Shown piece by piece: positions 50,408 through 58,534 of a DNA stretch of 64,000 nt. Every line of letters starts with the position of its first letter. Position 1 is the stretch's first letter. Under the pieces are notes generated by a model, which did no database searches, was not told the origin of the DNA, and saw nothing but the letters and a program-made list of their open reading frames with translations. The stretch is from the NCBI GenBank assembly GCA_937996705.1, contig CALKUQ010000021.1, forward strand, positions 64,527 to 128,526. The letters run 5' to 3'. The DNA comes from an uncultured Chlamydiae bacterium. GTDB lineage: Bacteria > Chlamydiota > Chlamydiia > Chlamydiales > 2-12-FULL-49-11. The position numbers and the translations under genes were made by a program.

Positions 50408-51073
50408 ATGAAATCAACACAGGGCTCTATTTTGGCAACACATCCACTAGCAACCTCCGACGAATTTAGGTGGGCTAATATTGCTGACCTTCTTGTCCAA
50501 TCTCTTCAATCTCCAAGTAGCCTCCTTTTTGCTATCTCAGCGGTTTTGGGTCAAAAATTATGTTATACCCCCCTTGCCTCGCCACTATTTTACCCTACCG
50601 CTATTGTTCACCATTTTGCAGGGGATAAGATACTCAAGTTACGCAGAATTGGATGGGTTTCTCCCGCTATCGGGATCTCTCTTGTAACCCTTATTGGTCG
50701 GGCTAGTTTTAATTTCATGCCTAATGCTTTATTAAAAGGAGTTATATACGGAGTCCATTCGTGCGCGATTGGCATGCTCACTAATATTTCGGCTGGCTAT
50801 TATTCTCAAATCATACCTCTTCGCAAAGTGCTACAAAGTTACGTCCCCCTTCCTTTTACTGTTGAAACCCTTTCTGGAAATGGGGTAAATACTATTTCGA
50901 AATGGAGCGAAATTTTCTCCAGCTTGGCATTTATTACAGCAAGCCTTGGGTTAAGTTTTTTTGGAGGGTTTCACGTGATTACAGCAAATGTGATTGGTCA
51001 TACAGCAGGAGCTGCTACTAAAGTAGTTTCTAGTCGTCTGCTTGCGATTTTTGCAGAAAAAAGAGCGGCTTGA
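50408..51073 (+). CDS. Hypothetical polytopic membrane protein
   Basis: I prefer the ATG at 50408 (MKSTQGS). It has several hydrophobic helices and no recognised domain. The 3' end overlaps the convergent YchJ-like gene by 44 nt. Confidence 0.5.
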   Translation: MKSTQGSILATHPLATSDEFRWANIADLLVQSLQSPSSLLFAISAVLGQKLCYTPLASPLFYPTAIVHHFAGDKILKLRRIGWVSPAIGISLVTLIGRASFNFMPNALLKGVIYGVHSCAIGMLTNISAGYYSQIIPLRKVLQSYVPLPFTVETLSGNGVNTISKWSEIFSSLAFITASLGLSFFGGFHVITANVIGHTAGAATKVVSSRLLAIFAEKRAA

Positions 51074-51437
51074 GATAACACCAGAAGCCTTCTGACTTTT
51101 CAAAGAGACTCTTTTCCCGAAAGCTCGTATCTTTACCAAAAGTCTTTAAAATAGCATAAAATGTAACGTGTCTATCGTCAAAAGATTCAATCTCAAGCCC
51201 TTGAAATTCTGTTGTGCTACTAAATTCGTGAATAGATGCAATCCAGGCTTCCAGATTTTTTTCATAGAGGGGGCTGTTTGGGTGGGTAGTTTTTATGATG
51301 TAATCTGGCAAATCTAGAGCGTAGGCGCTATAGCGAGATCGCATAAGCGCAAGGCAAGTTTCGGCGAGCTTCCTATTTTTGTGGTAGGGGCCACAGCAAT
51401 GCTCGTAAGTTTTTCCACTATGACAAGGACATTCCAT
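51030..51437 (-). CDS. YchJ/UPF0225 family protein (SEC-C metal-binding motif + NTF2-like domain)
   Basis: N-terminal CPCHSGKTYEHCCGPYH (SEC-C motif) followed by LMRSRYSAYAL, typical of YchJ. Confidence 0.8.
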   Translation of the reverse strand: MECPCHSGKTYEHCCGPYHKNRKLAETCLALMRSRYSAYALDLPDYIIKTTHPNSPLYEKNLEAWIASIHEFSSTTEFQGLEIESFDDRHVTFYAILKTFGKDTSFREKSLFEKSEGFWCYLKPLFFLQKSQADD

Positions 51438-51857
51438 TACTCTATTTTTAAACTCAGCCTGCTACTAGTTCATTTTTAAGAAGTTTTTGGCCCAGATGAT
51501 ATTCAATACATTGTTTTGAAGCAAGGGTTCTTCTCCTTAGCGAAAAAGGATTAGAGATCTTTTGAAACTCAAATCGAGGACTACCAGCTATAGGAGAATC
51601 CCGCTAATCCATCGAATTGATAAGCTCGATTGCATACGCTACCCTCCCCCTTAAGATGAATTTTCCACTGCTTATTTATACAAGCACTATAGGTGAGCGC
51701 GTAGTAAAAACCATTGGGATTAAGATTTATCCCTTTGATTATAAAATTGTCGCTAAAATTTATAAACTCTTCTCTGCGTGTAGTGGTTTTTGCGGTCCAC
51801 CTTCTATTCCACGAGAGGTCGAGGCTTACGGAGCCAATTTTTCCTGAAGGTCAATCC

Positions 51858-51983
51858 GGGGGTCAGGCCTGAGTTCCTGAATTGAGAGCTTAATCAACAA
51901 GTTTTTATACGGGAGCTATAGCTGAAATGGTGTTTTTTTCAATGGCCTTATTAAAAGAAACTCAGGAACTCAGGCCTGGCACC
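51858..51983. repeat. Second hairpin element, related to 40230-40347
   Basis: Perfect 17-bp arms caggcctgagttcctga (51864-51880) and tcaggaactcaggcctg (51962-51978). The left flank gggggtcag... and the cttaa end match the 40230 element. A 13-bp tandem duplication ggcacctttgcat x2 lies at 51978-52003. Confidence 0.8.
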
Positions 51984-52010
51984 TTTGCATGGCACCTTTG
52001 CATCGGGCCT

Positions 52011-52220
52011 GGTTTCAAACAGAGCCCTCTTCAGCGGACGGCTTTGCCAAATTAAACTAAGACGATTTTGCTGCGAAAAATCTAGGTAACATTCATTTGG
52101 AAGCGGTATATACTGAGAGTGTTTCAAAAATTGAAATTTTCCAAAGAGTAGTCTCCAGATTTAAATTACCTGAAGCCGATGGAGCGTAGCCCATAAAAAA
52201 CCCAATTTTTGAAACTCGAG
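52011..52220. repeat. Dispersed repeat, copy C (composite)
   Basis: 52078-52114 matches 61464-61500 at about 32 of 37 positions. 52107-52175 matches the reverse complement of 49826-49892. An internal near-palindromic motif gtttcaaaaattg / caatttttgaaac lies at about 52119-52136 and 52203-52220. Confidence 0.7.
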
Positions 52221-52396
52221 CAGCATAAGATTTAACAAATAAAAATAATTGCATTAAAAATAAGATTGTGGAACCTTCTTAAACTAGCTCAAACTTGATG
52301 GAGTTTTTATAAATTTCTTAGATACCTATTTCGAGAAACCTGTGACCGATTTACTCTTATTGAAGGTATTAATAATCAAAAAAACTGAGAAAATAG

Positions 52397-52987
52397 ATGT
52401 TTGCATATTTTTTTCATAAATTTATAAGAATATTACCTATTACATTCCTCTATTCTATTTTTGCACAGGAACTCATTGAAAAGGGAATTTGGAGTTATGG
52501 ACATCCAACAGTCTATTCCTGGGGGGAAGGGGCTCACTTAATCATCGGCAGATACTGCTCTATTGCTGATGATGTGCATGTTTTGCTAGGGGGAAATCAC
52601 AGAACAGATTGGGTCACTACCTTCCCCTTTTCTGAATTATGGCATGACCATGCTCGCTATCTAAACGGGCATCCTTCTTCCAATGGCGATGTAATCATCG
52701 GCAATGATGTATGGATTGGAAGAAGCGCAATGATTCTTTCTGGGGTAAAAATTGGAGATGGTGCAGTTATCGGAGCAAGAGCTGTAGTTACAAAAGACGT
52801 TCCTCCTTATGCTATTGTTGGAGGCAACCCTGCCCGTTTGATACGCTATCGATTTGATGAAGAAACGATTAGAAAGTTATTGGAAATCCAATGGTGGTTT
52901 TGGCCGGAAGAAAAAATTGCAAGAGCTCTTCCTCTAATGCTATCCGATAAAATCCAAGATTTTATTAAATTCGGAGAGGCAAATTAA
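52397..52987 (+). CDS. Hexapeptide-repeat xenobiotic acetyltransferase (XAT; Vat/CatB-like)
   Basis: Motifs are GGNHRTDWVTTFPF, VIIGNDVWIGRSAMILSGVKIGDGAVIGARAVVTKDVPPYAIVGGNPARLIRYRF and IQWWFWP, which is the characteristic Vat/CatB C-terminal motif. The N-terminus is hydrophobic. Confidence 0.85.
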   Translation: MFAYFFHKFIRILPITFLYSIFAQELIEKGIWSYGHPTVYSWGEGAHLIIGRYCSIADDVHVLLGGNHRTDWVTTFPFSELWHDHARYLNGHPSSNGDVIIGNDVWIGRSAMILSGVKIGDGAVIGARAVVTKDVPPYAIVGGNPARLIRYRFDEETIRKLLEIQWWFWPEEKIARALPLMLSDKIQDFIKFGEAN

Positions 52988-53797
52988 ATGCATATTTTTT
53001 TATTTTTAGCCCTAATTTATTCTTTTTTAGTTAATGCTTCTCAGCGCGAATCTGAGGATGTAAAAATTCTGGTTTTGGTGATTGCCTCAGATAATCTCCC
53101 TTGTTATATAGAAGAACAAAAAATTTGGAGTTCTTATATGAACTCTTTTCCTGAGAATGTAGAAAGCTATCTGATCAAAGCAGATCCTAGGTTAAAAAAG
53201 CCTGTTTTAATTAAAGGTGATGTCGTATGGTCTAAAACCGATGAGAGTCTAAGACCCGGCATCCTAAAAAAAACGATTCTCTCTTTGGAAGCCTTTTCCG
53301 ATCGTCTAGAACATGAATTTGATTATGTCCTTAGAGCAAACCTCTCTTCTTTTTTCATATTGCCACGTCTGATTGAATTCGCTAAAAATTTACCAAGAAC
53401 TAAATGTTACTCAGGACAAGTTTTCGCTTCAGAAACAGTTTGGCATGACCTCTCTTGGGTAGGTGGGCATGGTATTTTAATGTCTTCTGATCTTGCACTT
53501 GAACTCGTAAAACAAAAAAAATTCTTATTCAAATTTCCATCCGACCATAACGATGATATCGTTATTGCATTGTTTTTTAAAGATTTTTTAAATGTGGTTG
53601 CTCAAGAACATCCTTGTGCTTGGATAAGTTCTGCATCTGATTTTAAATCTAAAAAAGATCTTATTTCCAAACAGGATTTTTTCTTTAGACTGAAGAATCT
53701 CGGTTCAGATTCAATGCGCTCTACTGAAGAAGTTTACGTTCAAAAAGAGATGCGAAATATGTTTTATCCCCAACCAATTGGAGAAGCTCATGATTAA
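52988..53797 (+). CDS. Hypothetical type-II-anchored protein, Fringe/GT31-like putative glycosyltransferase
   Basis: ATG directly abuts the XAT stop. It has an N-terminal signal-anchor. The layout FDYVLRANLSSFFILPRLIEF ... GGHGILMSSDLALEL ... DDIVIALFF parallels GT31/Fringe blocks, but NLS occupies the expected DxD position. Confidence 0.4.
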   Translation: MHIFLFLALIYSFLVNASQRESEDVKILVLVIASDNLPCYIEEQKIWSSYMNSFPENVESYLIKADPRLKKPVLIKGDVVWSKTDESLRPGILKKTILSLEAFSDRLEHEFDYVLRANLSSFFILPRLIEFAKNLPRTKCYSGQVFASETVWHDLSWVGGHGILMSSDLALELVKQKKFLFKFPSDHNDDIVIALFFKDFLNVVAQEHPCAWISSASDFKSKKDLISKQDFFFRLKNLGSDSMRSTEEVYVQKEMRNMFYPQPIGEAHD

Positions 53798-54635
53798 TAA
53801 ATTTAAAAAATTATTATTATTAATCCTTATAATGTTAAGTTCCGCTCAGGGGGCTATCTATGACTGTTTTCCTTTTTTTAATGAATTAGAATTGTTGGAA
53901 ATCCGGCTTAATGAATTGTATGACCACGTAGATAAATTTGTTATTGTAGAAGCAACTACGACATTTAGAGGAGACCGTAAGCCCTTATATTTTAAAAAAA
54001 ACAAACATTTATTCGAAAAATTTAATGATAAAATTATCCATATAGTTGTTTCAGATCGCCCCTATCAAGATTGCTGGCAAGCAGATTTTTATCAGAGAGA
54101 TCAAATTATAAGGGGTTTAATTGACTGTCAACCAGACGATATCATCATTATTTCTGATGCAGATGAGATTGTTCGGCCTAGTACCATTCAAAAGATTGTA
54201 GATGAGCTACAAAATAAAAAGGTGCCTGCTGTGAAATGTCCTCTAGAATACTATTTCTATTTTTTTAACACCTGGTACAACAGACCTGGCAACGAAAATA
54301 ATACTGTAGCTACAACATATCGATACCTACGCACAACAAGTCCCAATCAAATAAGATGGGCGCAAAGGAGAAACGATCTTGGATTTTCTATTATCCCAAA
54401 TGCAGGTTGGCATTTTAGTTATATGGGTGGAATAGAAAGGGTTGCTTACAAAAAATCCTCTTTTGCCCACAGTGAATTTGACTATCCCGAATACAAGTCA
54501 TGGAATTATATCATCAATGACTTGAGAATAAATGGTAAAATTGTCGTGATAGATGAGACTTTCCCGAAATCAATCCTAGCAAATCTTGAACGTTACAAAG
54601 AAGCAGGATTCATCTATTTGGAAAACAGCTTTTAA
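53790..54635 (+). CDS. Glycosyltransferase family 17 (GnT-III / beta-1,4-mannosyl-glycoprotein GlcNAc-transferase-like)
   Basis: The canonical GT17 N-terminal block is YDCFPFFNELELLEIRLNELYDHVDKFVIVEATTTFRGDRKPLYF. ATG 53790 overlaps the upstream stop (ATGATTAA). An N-terminal hydrophobic anchor is present. Confidence 0.85.
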   Translation: MINKFKKLLLLILIMLSSAQGAIYDCFPFFNELELLEIRLNELYDHVDKFVIVEATTTFRGDRKPLYFKKNKHLFEKFNDKIIHIVVSDRPYQDCWQADFYQRDQIIRGLIDCQPDDIIIISDADEIVRPSTIQKIVDELQNKKVPAVKCPLEYYFYFFNTWYNRPGNENNTVATTYRYLRTTSPNQIRWAQRRNDLGFSIIPNAGWHFSYMGGIERVAYKKSSFAHSEFDYPEYKSWNYIINDLRINGKIVVIDETFPKSILANLERYKEAGFIYLENSF

Positions 54636-54688
54636 GAACAAAATACTTAGGCTAAAGCGACTGTCCATTCTATTGGATTACATCATTT

Positions 54689-56170
54689 TTAAGAACCGAG
54701 TCTTTTAGAAACAAGGTAGGACTTGCAGATCTTGATTTTAGATTCAATCGCTTCACTGTTATTCTCGAGATGGGTTAAGAGCATTTTTGTTCTTAAATTA
54801 TTTTTAAAAAGAGATTTATGCTTTTTTAAAAACTTCCAGAAAAGGCCATCCCAAATATCTGACCACTCCCCTTTTTTGTAATCGCTCATCTTTATGATAT
54901 AATTGGAACCGGAAATGTAGGGTTTTGTTGTCATAGAGCCGCCATTTGCATATTGACTCATCCCATAAATATTCGGAACCATCACCCAATCATAGGCGTC
55001 AACGAAAAAGGTCATAAACCACTGGTAGACTTCATTTGGATCAATTTCCAGAAGGAGCATAAAATTCCCAAGGACCATCAATCTTTCAATATGATGGCAA
55101 TACCCTGTGTTCCGTATTTTTTGAATTGTTTGATCGATTGGATCGATTCCAGTAGTCCCATCCCAAAATGATTTTGGCAGCTTATTTGTATGATTAAAAA
55201 AGTTTGAAGTTCTATCGCTATTTCCCCTAACAAAGTACATAGCCCTCATAAACTCTCTCCAACCAATAATTTGCCTAATAAAGCCCTCCGTAGAATTTAA
55301 AGGAATATTTGCTTTGGAAAACATTTCCACTGTTTTTTGGACCACTTCAGAGACCGATAAAATCCCAATATTGATGAGGGGGGATAAGACACTATGAAAG
55401 AGAAACGACTCATTTTTCACAATTGCATCTTCATAGGGGCCAAACAAGTCTAATTTGTTCTGTAAAAAATCCGATAATGCGATGCGCGCTTCCTTAAAAT
55501 TGGTCGGATAGTAAAATTGCTTATCACAGCCTACACTTGATGGGAAATGTTTAGCGATGTACCCTTTTGCCTCTTTTATAAACCCGTTTTCTTTTGGGAT
55601 GTAGAGGTTAGGCAAAGGCTGGTTCTTTGGAATCTTTTTCCGATTCTCTGTATCGAAGCTGAATTTATCTCCCAGCGGTTTCCCCCCCTCCATCAAGATA
55701 TCCATCTTTTTTCTTTGGTACATATAAAAGGAGGCCATAGAAAAGTGGGTTTTTTTTGAAAATTGGAGTTCGATTTCTTCCCGAGTGCAAAAAAAAGCTG
55801 GTGAATCGTACCGTTTAATTGAAAATCCCAACTGCTTCGAAGCGTGAAGAAGATCCTCTTCTAGCCACTGATCTTCGAAACTTGCTAGATGAATTTCTGT
55901 GACTTGTTCTTTTGCTAATTTCTTAAATACCTCTCCCCTGTGATTTAAAACGTGACTTTCCAGATAGATGACATGGTGTCCTTTCTCTGTTAAGTAGAGC
56001 TCATACTGCTTCATGGAGGCTCGAAGAAGAATAAGTCTTTGTTTATGAAATGTCTGCACTTTAAAATAGAGAAATTCTTCCGCTAAATAAATGATCCGAT
56101 TTTTCTCTAGAGCAGGATGATTTTCAAAGAGTTGATCGGGAAAAATTAGGGTAGCTTTAGTCATATTCAA
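54689..56170 (-). CDS. Cryptochrome/photolyase-related protein (COG3046, prokaryotic (6-4) photolyase/CryB-PhrB class)
   Basis: The N-terminus is LIFPDQLF and the C-terminal block is GYCHHIERLMVLGNFMLL...FVDAYDWVMVPNIYGMSQYANGG...KPYISGSNYIIKMSDY, typical of this class. Confidence 0.8.
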   Translation of the reverse strand: MNMTKATLIFPDQLFENHPALEKNRIIYLAEEFLYFKVQTFHKQRLILLRASMKQYELYLTEKGHHVIYLESHVLNHRGEVFKKLAKEQVTEIHLASFEDQWLEEDLLHASKQLGFSIKRYDSPAFFCTREEIELQFSKKTHFSMASFYMYQRKKMDILMEGGKPLGDKFSFDTENRKKIPKNQPLPNLYIPKENGFIKEAKGYIAKHFPSSVGCDKQFYYPTNFKEARIALSDFLQNKLDLFGPYEDAIVKNESFLFHSVLSPLINIGILSVSEVVQKTVEMFSKANIPLNSTEGFIRQIIGWREFMRAMYFVRGNSDRTSNFFNHTNKLPKSFWDGTTGIDPIDQTIQKIRNTGYCHHIERLMVLGNFMLLLEIDPNEVYQWFMTFFVDAYDWVMVPNIYGMSQYANGGSMTTKPYISGSNYIIKMSDYKKGEWSDIWDGLFWKFLKKHKSLFKNNLRTKMLLTHLENNSEAIESKIKICKSYLVSKRLGS

Positions 56171-56173
56171 AGA

Positions 56174-56917
56174 TTATAAGGGATTTGTTTTTAAATGAGC
56201 AAGCCCGCCATCCACTGAGAGAATTTCTCCAGAGATCCAAGAACTCTCTTCTGACAAAAGCCATGCAATAGAAAAAGCAATATCTTGAGGTGTGCCAATT
56301 CTTCCGAGTGGATGAAACTTAAGGGAGTGTTTAAGCGCCTCCGGATTTTGAGTGATTGACGAGGAGAGAGGGGTCTTAGTAAGTCCGGGAGCAATCCCGT
56401 TGATTCGAATCCCGCTTCCCGCATAAGATGCGGCTGCAGAGCGAATTAAACCCTCGATTCCACTCTTTGCAGCTGAGATTGCCTCGTGATGAGCAAGTCC
56501 AACTTTTGCAGCTCCTGATGAGATTAAAACAATCGACCCCTCTTTTTGAGCCTCCATCACTTTCAACGCCTGTTTTAAAATATAAAATGAGCTTCCTAGA
56601 TTCACCCTCATCACCTCTTCCCAGACTTTGGCGCTTGTCGCTTGAATGGGTTTTATGCAAAAAGAGCCAATGCAATTGACAACTCCGTCAATTTTTTGAC
56701 CTTGAGCTGAAAGTTGGGAAAAAAACGATTCCACATCCTCCTCTTTTGCTCCATCAACAACGTAATATTTTTGAGAGAGTTTTAAAGAGAGCTCTTTTAA
56801 AACTTCCTCATTTCGAGAACATAATAGGACGCTACAACCTCGGTTAGTTAAAATATTGGCAAGCTCTGATCCAATTCCTCCAGTCGCTCCAAAAATAACA
56901 ATTGTTTTTCCTTTCAT
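56174..56917 (-). CDS. Short-chain dehydrogenase/reductase family protein (atypical active site)
   Basis: It has the Rossmann GATGGIGSELA and IRINGIAPG. The expected YxxxK reads AISAAK, so Ile replaces Tyr. Confidence 0.8.
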   Translation of the reverse strand: MKGKTIVIFGATGGIGSELANILTNRGCSVLLCSRNEEVLKELSLKLSQKYYVVDGAKEEDVESFFSQLSAQGQKIDGVVNCIGSFCIKPIQATSAKVWEEVMRVNLGSSFYILKQALKVMEAQKEGSIVLISSGAAKVGLAHHEAISAAKSGIEGLIRSAAASYAGSGIRINGIAPGLTKTPLSSSITQNPEALKHSLKFHPLGRIGTPQDIAFSIAWLLSEESSWISGEILSVDGGLAHLKTNPL

Positions 56918-56935
56918 CTGTAATAGACCCCACGT

Positions 56936-58534
56936 TTAAAATATGAATCGGATTTTTGCCCAGACCCAATATGCCATACGAAATAATGGAGAAAAAAGGG
57001 GGGCTTGTAAAAAAATTGCAAGGAGGGGAAGATCTGTTCTTGCATAAACTTCAGAGAGGGTGTCGATCCCTTTAAGAATTTTTCCCCTATGGGTTAAACC
57101 GTGTATCGATTTCATCGCCTCCTCAAAAGTAAAGGCCGTTGTGATTTTCTCCAATTCTCTCTGCGATGTGAGACTTGCATACTCTAGTCTCCCTGTTTGA
57201 TTCCGCTTTTTTAAACTCCTCATCTCTTTTGCACACACAGGACAGGCACTATCAAAAAATACTGTAACAGATTCTTTCAACCTTTCACGATTTGTATAAA
57301 ACTCCTCTATAACGACCATTTTTCTATTAAATTGTAAAAGAAGAGATAAAAGGATCCCCCATGAAAAAAAAATTGTTACATAAGAACCTAATGAGGGGAC
57401 AATAACTCCCCCCAGTTTTTCTCCTGCTAAATAGGATAGACAAGCCCCCAATCCGCCAAATAAGAAGGAAATGAAGAGATTTTTATTGAGAAAGAGCATT
57501 GAGGAATTGAGGGTAAGTGAAAAAACAGGATAAAGAGTTAGAAGCCATAAAGGGGGGAAATAGACTTGATTGAGATATATAACCGTTTTAGTCTGAATAA
57601 AAATCGATTCTTGAATAAGGCCTAAAAAAAGGGCAATTCCAGAAAGAGGGATAGCGATAAGAAAACTTCTTCTGTCATATTTGGAAAAAAGAAAAAGTTG
57701 AGAGAGGTAAAAAAGCCCTGCTCCTAGAAGAGGAATTACGGTAGAGTTTTTCGCTCCAAAACTCACAATTACATACCAAGCAATTGTATATACAGTTCCA
57801 TTGATTAAAGATAGCGGCGCAAGTGAAGGGGTTTTTTCCGAGTATTTTTTGAAATCTGGGTGGTTTTTCATTCTATCTTCTAGTGGCTTTACTCCGGAGA
57901 CAAAAATAATTAGAAACGTAATCAAGATCGGACTGATGATAAAGAAGAATCCCCCAGGGAGAGCTGCGCAAATCAACCAAATCCCCCACCATTGAACAAT
58001 CTCTCCTAGATAATTGGGATGCCTTACATAGCCCCAAAGACCTTTCATAAGAAGTTGTTTGCCGTTTGCCCCATTTTTTTTAAACTGAGCTAGTTGATAA
58101 TCGCTTACCCCTTCTATCAAAAATCCGATCGTCCAAATAACAATAGGAATGAACGAAATTTCTGTTGCGGGGTGCGTTTGAATCCAAAGAATCGGAAGGG
58201 CTACGATATACAGAATCACTCCCTGCAAAAGGAAGACCTGAAAAAATATTTGAGTGGGAGTCTTCCATTGTTCGTAGCGAAAGTCTTCCCTACGTCCTCT
58301 ATTTCTCCTATAAATATGAACACTCAAGCGAATCGCCCAAGCTGAGACTAACAAACTTACAATCATGCTATTACAAGAAACTTCATTGAGGAGAAATGAG
58401 GTCCATGTAACAATAAGAAATCCAATTCCCCAAAATGTGTCTGCTAGATCTTTTCGCTTTTTTGCAAGCGAGAATCCAAACGCAAGAAGAGTGAATACAA
58501 AAAGAGAACCAAGGGGGGCTAAAAAATTTTCCAA
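56936..58534 (-). CDS. Fusion membrane protein: DUF1295 (steroid-5-alpha-reductase/ICMT-like) + extra TM region + C-terminal DCC-family thiol-disulfide oxidoreductase (DUF393)
   Basis: The DUF1295 motif is GLWGYVRHPNYLGEIVQWWGIW. The DCC motif is VFFDSACPVCAKEMRSLKK with a conserved C-terminal tail. Confidence 0.75.
   Translation of the reverse strand: MENFLAPLGSLFVFTLLAFGFSLAKKRKDLADTFWGIGFLIVTWTSFLLNEVSCNSMIVSLLVSAWAIRLSVHIYRRNRGRREDFRYEQWKTPTQIFFQVFLLQGVILYIVALPILWIQTHPATEISFIPIVIWTIGFLIEGVSDYQLAQFKKNGANGKQLLMKGLWGYVRHPNYLGEIVQWWGIWLICAALPGGFFFIISPILITFLIIFVSGVKPLEDRMKNHPDFKKYSEKTPSLAPLSLINGTVYTIAWYVIVSFGAKNSTVIPLLGAGLFYLSQLFLFSKYDRRSFLIAIPLSGIALFLGLIQESIFIQTKTVIYLNQVYFPPLWLLTLYPVFSLTLNSSMLFLNKNLFISFLFGGLGACLSYLAGEKLGGVIVPSLGSYVTIFFSWGILLSLLLQFNRKMVVIEEFYTNRERLKESVTVFFDSACPVCAKEMRSLKKRNQTGRLEYASLTSQRELEKITTAFTFEEAMKSIHGLTHRGKILKGIDTLSEVYARTDLPLLAIFLQAPLFSPLFRMAYWVWAKIRFIF

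Noticed and set aside
51617-51847. 76-aa plus-strand ORF in the gene-free region.
   Set aside because: It has no RBS and no recognisable similarity. It is antisense to a longer stop-free frame and lies amid repeats. I treated it as non-coding or decayed DNA.
51978-52003. Tandem 13-bp duplication, checked together with the other repeats as a possible CRISPR array.
   Set aside because: There are only two units with no spacers. The dispersed repeats are not regularly spaced and no cas genes are present. This is not a CRISPR array.
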